This document shows, in pieces, positions 35,829 through 44,475 of a DNA stretch of 64,000 bases. Below the pieces are notes generated by a model. The model had not been told where the DNA came from and searched no databases. It worked only from the letters and a program-made list of their open reading frames with translations. The stretch is from a virus, in IMG/VR virus record IMGVR_UViG_3300012662_000001, positions 1-64,000 of that record, one strand, 5' to 3'. Numbering within the stretch: the first letter of the stretch is position 1; every line of letters begins with the position of its first letter. A program made the translations under genes and the position numbers.

Positions 35829-36731
35829 ATGTCACATTTCAACATAGTCACTTCACTCCAGAACCTCAAGGAGCAGTATCGCACTCTCGCTATGGCCAAT
35901 CACCCTGACAGGGGTGGTGACGTCAGGACAATGCAGGAGATCAACGATGAATATCGTCGTCTCTATGTCATCTGGGTCGGCAGAATAGAGGATGAGAATG
36001 TTCGTCCGACAATGACGGCCGAGCAGTCCATTCATCAGTTCTACACGCAGAACGGATGGGAGGGCTCACGATACGATCCGCATCTTAGTGAAAAGGAGAT
36101 AGCCGCACTGGTTCGTGAATACTGCAAGCGGAACTGGAATCAGTGGAGGTTCAGCGTCAGGTGTCACTTCGCTTCTATGTGCAGTGAGATATCGGTGACG
36201 CTCACTGGAGGTCCGATAGATTCAGGACTTACCGAGGAAGCACGAAAATTTCACCAGGACTATGGGGTGCAGACGGCCTATCAGTTCGGAAGCGACCGTC
36301 ACAACGACAGTGTCGCACCTGAAGCGGAGGTTGTTATGCAGGACGTCATCTCCTATCTTATGTCCTTCAACTATGACGACAGTGACGACCAGATTGACTA
36401 CTTTGATACCAACTTCTATGTTCACGAGCACGTGGCTGGACAGAACGAGTGGAAGCACATCCAGAAACAAGCTCGTATCACCGCTCCACAGCCGACGCCT
36501 ACTGATGAGGAACTGGCTCGTCCCGAGCTGAGTGAGGGCGTGAACGTCATCACCTACTCCGAAAAGGCTCTGGCCGTGGTGGGAGACACCAAGCCGCTGA
36601 GAGCACGCCTGAAGGAACTCAAGGGTCGGTTCAATCCAGGCCTTACCGTGGGCGGCATAAGGAGGGCTGGATGGGTGTTCAGCGCAAAGTTCTACACGGT
36701 TGACACTCTGAGACAGGCGATATTCGCCTGA
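35829..36731 (+). CDS. J-domain (DnaJ-like) protein
   Basis: YRTLAMANHPDRGGDVRTMQEINDEY, a canonical HPD J-domain; the remaining 230 aa are unrelated to DnaJ. Confidence 0.8.
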   Translation: MSHFNIVTSLQNLKEQYRTLAMANHPDRGGDVRTMQEINDEYRRLYVIWVGRIEDENVRPTMTAEQSIHQFYTQNGWEGSRYDPHLSEKEIAALVREYCKRNWNQWRFSVRCHFASMCSEISVTLTGGPIDSGLTEEARKFHQDYGVQTAYQFGSDRHNDSVAPEAEVVMQDVISYLMSFNYDDSDDQIDYFDTNFYVHEHVAGQNEWKHIQKQARITAPQPTPTDEELARPELSEGVNVITYSEKALAVVGDTKPLRARLKELKGRFNPGLTVGGIRRAGWVFSAKFYTVDTLRQAIFA

Positions 36732-36825
36732 AATCACGTTGAATTCACGAAAATTAGGGAGGTTTACTCACTATGTGACACACTTGGTCGGGCGACCTTC
36801 CGTAATCGCAAATAAACGACTAAAA

Positions 36826-37167
36826 ATGACATTTCTACAGATTGACACACAGACACGAAGAACTGATGTGACGGAGAACGGCAAGGCCGTGTTCAGTTCA
36901 CAGGAGGGATTCTTCCGCATCCCAGTGACAGGGCTGAGGGCGTGCGTTCTGGACGAACGCAGCGGCTTTCTGTCCATCAAGACACAGCATGAGACGCTCA
37001 ATCTCCACTCCACAGGCTGGAAGTGGGAGGATCTTCTGGACGTCTTTGTGGCGGCCACTGAAGCCCTGATGAGCCACTATGCTGACAGACCTGACCTTGA
37101 TGAGAAAGTGACCGTCACGGAAGCAGGAGGAATCACGACACTTGTAAATCTATACTGCAATGAATAA
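36826..37167 (+). CDS. hypothetical protein
   Basis: first ATG of ORF 36739..37167. Confidence 0.45.
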   Translation: MTFLQIDTQTRRTDVTENGKAVFSSQEGFFRIPVTGLRACVLDERSGFLSIKTQHETLNLHSTGWKWEDLLDVFVAATEALMSHYADRPDLDEKVTVTEAGGITTLVNLYCNE

Positions 37168-37558
37168 GGAAAATAGAGCGAATGAAGCCGAGGTTCTATT
37201 GAACAGGCTTATGGAGCTGCACGGTGGGTGGATAGCCCACGGATGCGAGCCAAGAGAGATTATGAAATTGACAGCCGCTATGATGGCCGTGCTGACGCAG
37301 AGGGCGTTCCCAAGAAACCCCACGCAGAACGATCTTATGGAGTTCCCGACACGTCTGCTGAACTGCAATATGGTGTGGGAAAGATTTGTGTCTCTGCACA
37401 GGGACGCACTCTTCTACTCCGCTGATATGTTCAGGAAGTGGGTGTGGGGACTGTATCGTGGTCACGCTGAGACAAGAGCCGGACTGTGGAAAGTTCTTGG
37501 ATGGGAGACGTTCAACACTAATGATGAAGAAACAAATGAAGAAGAAAGACAATGCTGA
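37160..37558 (+). CDS. hypothetical protein
   Basis: 132-codon ORF. Confidence 0.5.
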   Translation: MNKENRANEAEVLLNRLMELHGGWIAHGCEPREIMKLTAAMMAVLTQRAFPRNPTQNDLMEFPTRLLNCNMVWERFVSLHRDALFYSADMFRKWVWGLYRGHAETRAGLWKVLGWETFNTNDEETNEEERQC

Positions 37559-37974
37559 ACGGATGGATTAGATGGTTCATCATCATCTTCGGGATGTTGA
37601 ATCTGGCTCACTGCATCTATAGTGGATGTGTGGGCAAATGGGAAGTATCGTGCTGCGAGTTCACGATTTCTATGCTCTTCTTTCTGCTCGCCCTATACGA
37701 CTGGACGATGGAGGGGAGACTTTCCGCCACACGTCGGAAATGGTTCCGCAGCGGATGGGTTCAAGGTCTAAACGCAATGGATAGAGCGCTACTGACCAGA
37801 TACAAACAGCTCCTAAACGAGGAACAGTCAACCGTCAGTCCACGTGTGGACGAGATTAATCGCATCAGATGCAGAACATCCAACGATGCGTGGAACAGAC
37901 TGATCCAGATACTGAATAGAAACAACTTTAAGAATGATGATTATGAGAGGGAGAACAGCACTGAAGATAGTTAG
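37552..37974 (+). CDS. hypothetical membrane protein
   Basis: two N-terminal hydrophobic segments. Confidence 0.45.
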   Translation: MLNGWIRWFIIIFGMLNLAHCIYSGCVGKWEVSCCEFTISMLFFLLALYDWTMEGRLSATRRKWFRSGWVQGLNAMDRALLTRYKQLLNEEQSTVSPRVDEINRIRCRTSNDAWNRLIQILNRNNFKNDDYERENSTEDS

Positions 37975-38176
37975 ACGCATCCGAGAGCAACCTGAACTCC
38001 AGACTTCCTATGCTCCAGTCACTGTCAGGCGAGCATTATGCACGGTGTATCGCAGAAAGCGGTATATGTCCTGGATAAAGTCCCACGTGAGAATTCGATT
38101 TGATGATAGAACAGCCGTGCAGATGCCTGACAGGACACTCTGTTTTATACTAAACGAAGAATTTGACACACTATGA
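37934..38176 (+). CDS. hypothetical basic small protein
   Basis: 80-codon ORF. Confidence 0.3.
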   Translation: MMIMRGRTALKIVRRIREQPELQTSYAPVTVRRALCTVYRRKRYMSWIKSHVRIRFDDRTAVQMPDRTLCFILNEEFDTL

Positions 38177-38402
38177 ACGCACGACAGACACGACGAGCCA
38201 GACGGCTCATAATGAAGAAAGGGTACTGGCGAATGAGGCATCTTCAAATGCAGATGAATCTTCGCAATCTATAGCTGGACTACACCACCTATACAAGCGA
38301 GATAGGAGGGCACGCCAATATGGATCCTGGACTGTTCCAGTGGTACAGAAACAGATACTGAGAATTTCAAAGAAGATTGCCTACTACGAACGAAGAATGT
38401 GA
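38163..38402 (+). CDS. hypothetical small protein
   Basis: 79-codon ORF. Confidence 0.3.
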   Translation: MTHYERTTDTTSQTAHNEERVLANEASSNADESSQSIAGLHHLYKRDRRARQYGSWTVPVVQKQILRISKKIAYYERRM

Positions 38403-38494
38403 TGAAACGTTATATGAATGAGAATGGTTCATATTGAATTTAGTCATAGCTAAACGACAAAACCAAATTGTCTTTGGGTGAATTAATGATTATC

Positions 38495-38530
38495 GGAGCA
38501 GGGTCGCAGGGATGCGCTCCTGTTTTTCTT
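38495..38530 (+). terminator. rho-independent terminator
   Basis: GGAGC...GCTCC followed by TGTTTTTCTTT. Confidence 0.6.
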
Positions 38531-38633
38531 TATCTACTTCCAAAACGATACATATAACATACAGAATTATGAATCCTATATGCTATATGGCGTGATTTCA
38601 AATGTAATTAGGATGCCCCGATTTGGGTGGTTT

Positions 38634-39503
38634 TTATGCTTTCTTTTCATACTTAGCTCGCTCACGCTCAATGATTTCATCTAAAGATGGTTCCTCCTCT
38701 TCAACAGGCGGCTCACTTTCACATTCCTCCATAGAAGCGACACCATCTTCAGGATTCAGTACGGATCCATTATCAGTCACTGTAAATCGTATGGCAGTAA
38801 TGGGATCAAGACCTTTCCATTCGGCCTTGGACTTTATCTTTTCAAAGGTGAATTGAAGTCTGGTTCCGACTTCTTCAAATTCTCTGGCAGCCATTTCAAG
38901 ATACTTGTTCACGAATGCCCACGAATCAAGACTATCACTCGCTCCAACCCATTTCCTGATGTCCTCTATTCTGGCAGTCCAGGTCTCTCTCTTCATATTG
39001 CTGGATATGTAGAGATATGTCATCATAGCCTGTGGACGTGTAAGACGAAGAAATGACTGCACACAGAAGGACACGTATCCTACTTTCTTGGTGAAGTTCA
39101 ACAGCCAGCACAGACTTCGCGGAACGATTCCAACACCATACTGACCATTTGGATAGGTAATGATGTCATAGAATAGAGGGTAGGTGTGAAGAGCACCATT
39201 CTCATCCACTTCATCTATGATGTCCACTTTTTTCATTTTTAGAAGTGTTGCCTTGATACTATGTTTACCTGAAATAACATACTTCGCTGGAATAGGAATT
39301 TCCAGTTCCGCCTTGTCATTCAGTGGAAAATACTTCTGCAATGTTGCTCTGTCAGCTTTTTCCCAGTCAATGTCCTCCGTCTTGGGAATATACTCCTGAA
39401 GAGCTTCTACCACTACCGCCCAACATCTTTTCTGTCGGGCATACTCATAACGAGCCACACTTATTGCGGCCTGTTTTGTCGTTCTTACTACTTGTTTCTT
39501 CAT
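38634..39503 (-). CDS. putative replication initiator (Rep, plasmid iteron-type, winged-helix), paralog 1
   Basis: Paralogous to 51212..52003 (RTTKQAAISVARYEYARQKRCWAVVVEALQEYIP versus RTTKRATRDVTKYSSARQKRCWAVVVEALQEFIP). Iterons lie immediately upstream of its promoter. FCVQSFLRLTRPQAMMTYLYISSN resembles the Rep_3 pattern L.s.Ys.rlY. ATG at 39503 is downstream of the -7 box. Confidence 0.5.
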   Translation of the reverse strand: MKKQVVRTTKQAAISVARYEYARQKRCWAVVVEALQEYIPKTEDIDWEKADRATLQKYFPLNDKAELEIPIPAKYVISGKHSIKATLLKMKKVDIIDEVDENGALHTYPLFYDIITYPNGQYGVGIVPRSLCWLLNFTKKVGYVSFCVQSFLRLTRPQAMMTYLYISSNMKRETWTARIEDIRKWVGASDSLDSWAFVNKYLEMAAREFEEVGTRLQFTFEKIKSKAEWKGLDPITAIRFTVTDNGSVLNPEDGVASMEECESEPPVEEEEPSLDEIIERERAKYEKKA

Positions 39504-39527
39504 AATGTATAGAAATTTGTTTACACG

Positions 39528-39535
39528 CAAAAGTA
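39528..39535 (-). promoter_or_regulatory. -7 box TACTTTTG for rep paralog 1
   Basis: TAnnTTTG on the minus strand, about 25 nt upstream of ATG 39503. Confidence 0.45.
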
Positions 39536-39591
39536 ATCACTACATAGTAAATTTCAAAATTAGAATTCGTACATTAAAATCTCCATCTTAA

Positions 39592-39634
39592 ATGTAATAC
39601 ACCTCGTTTCTGTATGTAATACACCTCGTTTCTG
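39592..39634. repeat. two direct 21-bp iterons (22-bp period), ATGTAATACACCTCGTTTCTG
   Basis: copies at 39592-39612 and 39614-39634, identical, separated by 1 nt; core TACACCTC is shared with the second iteron array. Confidence 0.9.
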
Positions 39635-39666
39635 AAGTAATTAAGATTTGTGAAATCCCGACTACA

Positions 39667-39693
39667 TCGGGAGGGGGTCGGGAAAATTCGGGA
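39667..39693. repeat. three helically phased TCGGGA repeats
   Basis: TCGGGA at 39667, 39678 and 39688 (11 and 10 nt apart). Confidence 0.7.
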
Positions 39694-39821
39694 CTTTCCA
39701 GGGTCTTAAATAGTAGGAAATAGTATAAGAAAAAGAGAAATAGGGCTCCTGTCGGAGCTTCTATCTTTTAGAGAATCTCATACGAAATTTATGAAATTTC
39801 ATAAAGAAATCCTATATCATA

Positions 39822-39854
39822 TCTTGGATATTCTAAGAAATCACCCCAACTTTG
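39822..39854 (+). promoter_or_regulatory. promoter/operator cassette P7
   Basis: TCTTGGATATTCTAAGAA, then CAACTTTG, then the TAATCATTAAACATCAC leader. Confidence 0.55.
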
Positions 39855-39882
39855 CAGGCGTAATCATTAAACATCACATATT

Positions 39883-40233
39883 ATGAAACAGATTGACACT
39901 ATGAACATCACGACCCCTAAATGGCACATAGAAGAGCTTACGGGCTATAAGCCTGAGACGACGTTCTGGCAGGATTTCTCCGTCGTTGAGAAGATGAACG
40001 GCCTTAATGGCGTTCAGGAGACGTTCAACAGAGCGTTCAAGGAGTGGTCAGACCACTATAGATACCTCACCGAGCTTGTTCTCGTGCTCAACTGGAAGTG
40101 CTGGGACTGGTATGATCAGGGTGATGAGGATATGTCTATGCTCTACCAGAACCTCTTCTATCAGGCAAGGGACTATGCTCTGGACAACCTCAAGGACGAA
40201 GAACTTTCCTATTTCGTGAAAACTACGGATTAG
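39883..40233 (+). CDS. hypothetical protein
   Basis: 116-codon ORF behind P7. Confidence 0.5.
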   Translation: MKQIDTMNITTPKWHIEELTGYKPETTFWQDFSVVEKMNGLNGVQETFNRAFKEWSDHYRYLTELVLVLNWKCWDWYDQGDEDMSMLYQNLFYQARDYALDNLKDEELSYFVKTTD

Positions 40234-40266
40234 TCCTTGGATATTCCAGAAATATGACTACCTTTG
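40234..40266 (+). promoter_or_regulatory. promoter/operator cassette P8 (closest to consensus)
   Basis: TCCTTGGATATTCCAGAA, 19-nt spacer, TACCTTTG, then the TAATCATTAAATCAC leader. Confidence 0.6.
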
Positions 40267-40295
40267 TGGCCGTTAATCATTAAATCACTTACGTT

Positions 40296-41786
40296 ATGGG
40301 ATTCACACCGAGCAAGTATCAGCAGCGCATCTATGATTTCATAGAGCAGGGCACAGGCAACGCAGTCATCAACGCAGTCGCAGGAAGCGGCAAGACAACA
40401 ACCCTAATCAGTCTCCTGGAACGTGTTTCGGCCACGAGCAGGGTTCTCTTTCTGGCCTTTAATAAGAGCATCGTGGAGGAACTGAAGATAAAGACCTCCC
40501 GATTCAGCAATGTGGACGTTAGAACACTGCACTCACTCGGATGCTCGGCTCTCCGTAAGCAGCTCTCCATAGGAGACATCAACAGCAGCAAGTATCGTCA
40601 ATACGTCACGGAGCAGCTGAAGTCAGGAGCATACGCCCCCACACGAGAGCTGTCTCTGAAGGAGAAGTCTGAGTATAAGAGCAACGTGCTGGATCTCATC
40701 GACCTCGCACGTGTCAATCTGTGTCAGTCCGCTCAGGAGGTTGCCGCTGTGGCCGAGAAGCACGGTCTGTTCCTGCACGACAACGAGATACAGCTCGCCC
40801 TGAATGCAATTGTCTGGGGTCGCAGCGAAAGCGGCCTTTCCACCATCGACTTCACGGATATGATATATCTTCCTTGCTACTTCAGCGAGGTGCGGTTCTT
40901 CAAGTATGACCTCGTCCTAATAGACGAGTGTCAGGACTTGAATGCGGCTCAGAGAACTTTATTCCTCAAGACCATTAAGCGCAACGGACGCTTCGTGGCC
41001 GTGGGGGATCCTCGTCAGGCGATATACGGCTTCGCTGGAGCGGACGTGGAGTCATTCAACCTCCTCAAGTCCCTCCCTAACACGGTGGAGCTTCCGCTGT
41101 CAGTGTGCTATCGCTGTGACAGGGAGATTATCAGGAAAGCCCAGACGGAGGTTCCACAGATAGAGTGGCGTGAGAACGCTCCTGACGGCACGGTGAACAG
41201 TGACGCCAAAATTGCCGACGTCAAGGACGGTGATATGGTGCTGTGTCGTCTGTCAGCACCGCTCGTGGCTCTCTGCATCAGGTGGATAGGTGATGGCGTC
41301 AAGGCCTACATCAAGGGTCGTGACATCGGCACCAACCTCGTCAATATGCTCCAGAAGACCAAGCGTGTCCGCATCAAGGACGCTCTCAATGTTCTCCGCA
41401 AGGAATTGGCTCGTGTTCAGGGGGAGATACAGAGGACGTGCGGTATGTCTCCTGAGGAGGCCGTCCAGCACACCGCCTATGTCCTCTATGAGGATAAGAT
41501 TAAGGCGATAGAGGTCATCGCCGAGGGACTGACCAAGGTTGAGGAGGTGTGTGATCGCATCAACGCAATCTTCAGTGACGAGAGCAAGCAGGGCATCTGT
41601 CTTTCGACCGTTCACAAGTCCAAGGGACTGGAGAGTGACAGAGTGTTCATCGTCTGTCCTGACAAGTTCCTACTGAAGCGGTCAATGCGAATTCCGTGGA
41701 TGGCGGAGCAGGAGCACAACCTCGTCTATGTGGCCTACACAAGAGCGAAGCACTATCTCGGCTTCGTGACGGACTTTAAGATATAA
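40296..41786 (+). CDS. UvrD/PcrA-like SF1 helicase (paralog 2)
   Basis: VAGSGKTTT, IDECQDLN, VGDPRQAIYGFAGA, TVHKSKGLESDRVF, VAYTRAKHYL. Confidence 0.85.
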   Translation: MGFTPSKYQQRIYDFIEQGTGNAVINAVAGSGKTTTLISLLERVSATSRVLFLAFNKSIVEELKIKTSRFSNVDVRTLHSLGCSALRKQLSIGDINSSKYRQYVTEQLKSGAYAPTRELSLKEKSEYKSNVLDLIDLARVNLCQSAQEVAAVAEKHGLFLHDNEIQLALNAIVWGRSESGLSTIDFTDMIYLPCYFSEVRFFKYDLVLIDECQDLNAAQRTLFLKTIKRNGRFVAVGDPRQAIYGFAGADVESFNLLKSLPNTVELPLSVCYRCDREIIRKAQTEVPQIEWRENAPDGTVNSDAKIADVKDGDMVLCRLSAPLVALCIRWIGDGVKAYIKGRDIGTNLVNMLQKTKRVRIKDALNVLRKELARVQGEIQRTCGMSPEEAVQHTAYVLYEDKIKAIEVIAEGLTKVEEVCDRINAIFSDESKQGICLSTVHKSKGLESDRVFIVCPDKFLLKRSMRIPWMAEQEHNLVYVAYTRAKHYLGFVTDFKI

Positions 41787-41797
41787 TTTCCTGGATT

Positions 41798-41832
41798 GCT
41801 CCTTGGATATCCAAGGAGCAGCCTTATATTTG
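41798..41832 (+). promoter_or_regulatory. promoter/operator cassette P9 with a 24-bp perfect palindrome
   Basis: TGCTCCTTGGAT|ATCCAAGGAGCA (41798-41821), then TATATTTG (41825-41832). Confidence 0.6.
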
Positions 41833-41856
41833 CACACAGATTAAAACACACACGAT

Positions 41857-42327
41857 ATGACAGAAGGACTAAAAATCACCCTTGACGGATGGACAGGGAA
41901 CTACAACGTGACCGAAATAACAGCCAGTGAGGACGGAACGGTGACGCTCCGATGCACACCTCGGGATGGGGGTGTGAAAGTCGCCCAGAGGGCGGAAAAC
42001 TCGGGAACCGTGGCACGACCACGAATTCGTTCCTATATGCACTGTTCAGGGCTTGTGCGTATGCTCGTGAACGGCAGAATGGTTACGGCAGCCGTCACGC
42101 ACTGCACTGACAGAGCGGTGCGAGTGCTGAATCTCGAACTTGGTGCGGCCTGGATCCCCAAGAACGTTCTCAGGTGGTCAGAAGTGGCCGGAATGCTCTG
42201 TGTCGTGGACGCTGACTACTGGCCGGACTTCACGACGGAGGTCAGCCCATCTATGATGGAATATCCTGTTCTGTTCAACGCAGAGGAGCTGTATGACAGA
42301 GAATTCACTCCAAACACCTATCTTTGA
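41857..42327 (+). CDS. hypothetical protein
   Basis: 156-codon ORF behind P9. Confidence 0.5.
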   Translation: MTEGLKITLDGWTGNYNVTEITASEDGTVTLRCTPRDGGVKVAQRAENSGTVARPRIRSYMHCSGLVRMLVNGRMVTAAVTHCTDRAVRVLNLELGAAWIPKNVLRWSEVAGMLCVVDADYWPDFTTEVSPSMMEYPVLFNAEELYDREFTPNTYL

Positions 42328-42350
42328 TTCCGTTTCAAAACCACATAGAG

Positions 42351-42512
42351 ATGAAAATGGAAGATATGATAAATAGAACTCTCCTATGGCTTGAGGGTCT
42401 AAATCTTGTTGACAGGATGATGGCCGTCACAGCAATAATGATTGGGGCTGCATTCACTGGAGCACTTATAGCTCTCACGTTAATGAGCCTTTTATGCCTG
42501 ATAGCCAATTAG
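42351..42512 (+). CDS. small single-TM protein, holin candidate
   Basis: 53 aa with hydrophobic MMAVTAIMIGAAFTGALIALTLMSLLCLI; immediately upstream of the endolysin. Confidence 0.35.
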   Translation: MKMEDMINRTLLWLEGLNLVDRMMAVTAIMIGAAFTGALIALTLMSLLCLIAN

Positions 42513-42534
42513 TTAAACAGTTATAAAAAGAGAA

Positions 42535-43047
42535 ATGATTATGAAGGAAAGAACATTATGGCCACTCGTGATGGGAGTGGTTGCATTTGTAGGCATTGTA
42601 TTCACTGTAACACGATGCACTCACAGAACTGACGAGGTGGTGGAGGAATGTGAAGAACACCACTTTGACGACACTGTGCAGAATGCAGAGATTATGGAAT
42701 CCGTCTATGATAGAATCTTCCAGCTCCGTCTGGATCACCCTGACATCGTGATGGCGCAGTGTATTCTGGAAAGCGGTGAGTTCACTTCCGACCTGTTCAA
42801 GGAGGGTAACAACTGTCTCGGTATGAAAGTTCCTGGACATCGTCCAACGTTTGCCGTGGGTGTATATAGAAATCACGCCAAGTTCAGGTCGTGGCACGAC
42901 TGCATCGCCGACTATGCTCTGTGGCAGAGCGCCTATGGGAGGGGTCTTTCGGATGACGCCTATCTGGCTCTGCTGGATAGAATATATGCCGAGGACGGCT
43001 CGTATGCAGGCAAGTTGAAATCAATCATTCGCAAATATAATCTATAG
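42535..43047 (+). CDS. endolysin, glucosaminidase/FlgJ-like muramidase domain with N-terminal signal-anchor
   Basis: AQCILESGEFTSDLFKEGNNCLGMK and YAEDGSYAGKLKSII match the glucosaminidase family pattern (ESGwG.S.la...NN.fGiK ... YAtdp.Y..kl); N-terminal TM segment LWPLVMGVVAFVGIVFTV. Confidence 0.75.
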   Translation: MIMKERTLWPLVMGVVAFVGIVFTVTRCTHRTDEVVEECEEHHFDDTVQNAEIMESVYDRIFQLRLDHPDIVMAQCILESGEFTSDLFKEGNNCLGMKVPGHRPTFAVGVYRNHAKFRSWHDCIADYALWQSAYGRGLSDDAYLALLDRIYAEDGSYAGKLKSIIRKYNL

Positions 43048-43050
43048 TCT

Positions 43051-43206
43051 ATGTGGAAAATAGTCAAGTCCCGTGTGGACAGAAACGCTGACTTCTTCAA
43101 GCAGATGGAGGATCAGGGGTGGGAACTGAAGTCAGCCCTCTACTCGTGTATGGATGGAATGTATCACTATATCTTTAGAAAGGAGAGTGACGATGCACAG
43201 CGGTAG
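43051..43206 (+). CDS. possible 51-aa protein, below the ORF-track cutoff
   Basis: MWKIVKSRVDRNADFFKQMEDQGWELKSALYSCMDGMYHYIFRKESDDAQR; starts 1 nt after the endolysin stop codon (43045-43047). Confidence 0.3.
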   Translation: MWKIVKSRVDRNADFFKQMEDQGWELKSALYSCMDGMYHYIFRKESDDAQR

Positions 43207-43579
43207 AGCGGAGCGATTCCATCCCCATTGTTGCATCGTTCCGGGCAATGTCACACTTCTGCTATACTACATCACACGTGTCATCGGGAAGCCCGTGTTC
43301 GCCAGAACACAGCTTTCCCTTTTCCGAACTCCAGTGTGGTGGCAATGGATTCAGGAGAACAATCTACCTCCTTCAATAGTCAATCTTATGGACGGCACAC
43401 TGGAGGAGAACTATGGTCTTAAGATAGAGGGCGGTGACGTGGAGACGACGAACATCAATCTCGCTGATGACAGCGCTCTAATCTGTGAGCGGTGGCTGGA
43501 AGGGTGGCGCAAGCAGTGCGCTCATCGCTCATACAGGCAGCACAACACCACGGAGTTCCGACCTCTGCTTGCGAATTAG
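43193..43579 (+). CDS. hypothetical protein
   Basis: internal ATG of ORF 43154..43579. Confidence 0.35.
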   Translation: MHSGRAERFHPHCCIVPGNVTLLLYYITRVIGKPVFARTQLSLFRTPVWWQWIQENNLPPSIVNLMDGTLEENYGLKIEGGDVETTNINLADDSALICERWLEGWRKQCAHRSYRQHNTTEFRPLLAN

Positions 43580-43643
43580 GTGGATGAATCCAGGGAATAT
43601 TCAATGGAATGCACGTTATGTCTTTTTAAATTTATAAAGAAGT

Positions 43644-43973
43644 ATGAGACAGTCAGAATTATGCAAGGAGATAGCCGCCAGAACGGCTGTCAGACCGTTA
43701 GGCGTCAGGGCGTGTCTTGAAGCGTTCACGGACATTCTCAGGGAGAAGACCCTTGGGGAGGGCGTGGAGATCATCACTCCGTTCGGCAAGTTTGGCCGCA
43801 AGACGTTTGCGGCCAGAAAGTGTCGAAACCCGAAGACAGGAAAGATCACCGTGACGCAGGAGACACGAGCACTGGCGTTCAGCACCAGAAAGAAGCTAAA
43901 GCTTCACCTGATGGAGGACGGCTCCTATAAAGCCATTCCACCACGCAAGCGCAAGTCAACAGTAAAGAAGTAG
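43644..43973 (+). CDS. hup: HU/IHF-family DNA-binding protein
   Basis: MRQSELCKEIAART...ACLEAFTDILRE...FGKFGRKTFAARKCRNPKTGKITVTQETRALAF, the typical HU arm pattern R.gRNP.TGe.i.i. Confidence 0.8.
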   Translation: MRQSELCKEIAARTAVRPLGVRACLEAFTDILREKTLGEGVEIITPFGKFGRKTFAARKCRNPKTGKITVTQETRALAFSTRKKLKLHLMEDGSYKAIPPRKRKSTVKK

Positions 43974-43977
43974 CGTT

Positions 43978-44469
43978 ATGGCAGCACCGAGAAAAAAATC
44001 AGCAGCGTCGGACGTAATCGTTCCGAAATGGAACGCTCGATTCGAGATTCAACCTGTGAAATTTGATCTTCACGACCACATCGACTTTCACAATAGATGG
44101 TGGCCAAAAGTCATCTGGATGGATGGGGTATGGCCAAAGCGTAACAGCAACATCATTGTGGACGTCACAGGTCAGACGTACACGTTCCGTCAGGTGTCAG
44201 TTCGCTCAACGAATATGGAGACACCCTTCCCGACTGAAGCCCTCTACCTGATAGAGACGCCAAGCACCGTCACCGTCTGCTCCAGCTCCTCCTTCTGGAG
44301 CTATGGCAAGAAAGTTCTCGCCGAGGGACGCAAGGGTGCTCGTATGTGGCCGTCCTACCTCAACTATCTTATGGAGTTTGCCCTTGTGACGTACAGCCGT
44401 GAGGACTGGGGCAGGCTTCAGGCCGAGGGACACATCACCATTGTCGAGAGTCAAATCAAACAGCAGTAA
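43978..44469 (+). CDS. hypothetical protein
   Basis: 163-codon ORF. Confidence 0.5.
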   Translation: MAAPRKKSAASDVIVPKWNARFEIQPVKFDLHDHIDFHNRWWPKVIWMDGVWPKRNSNIIVDVTGQTYTFRQVSVRSTNMETPFPTEALYLIETPSTVTVCSSSSFWSYGKKVLAEGRKGARMWPSYLNYLMEFALVTYSREDWGRLQAEGHITIVESQIKQQ

Positions 44470-44475
44470 CGCATT

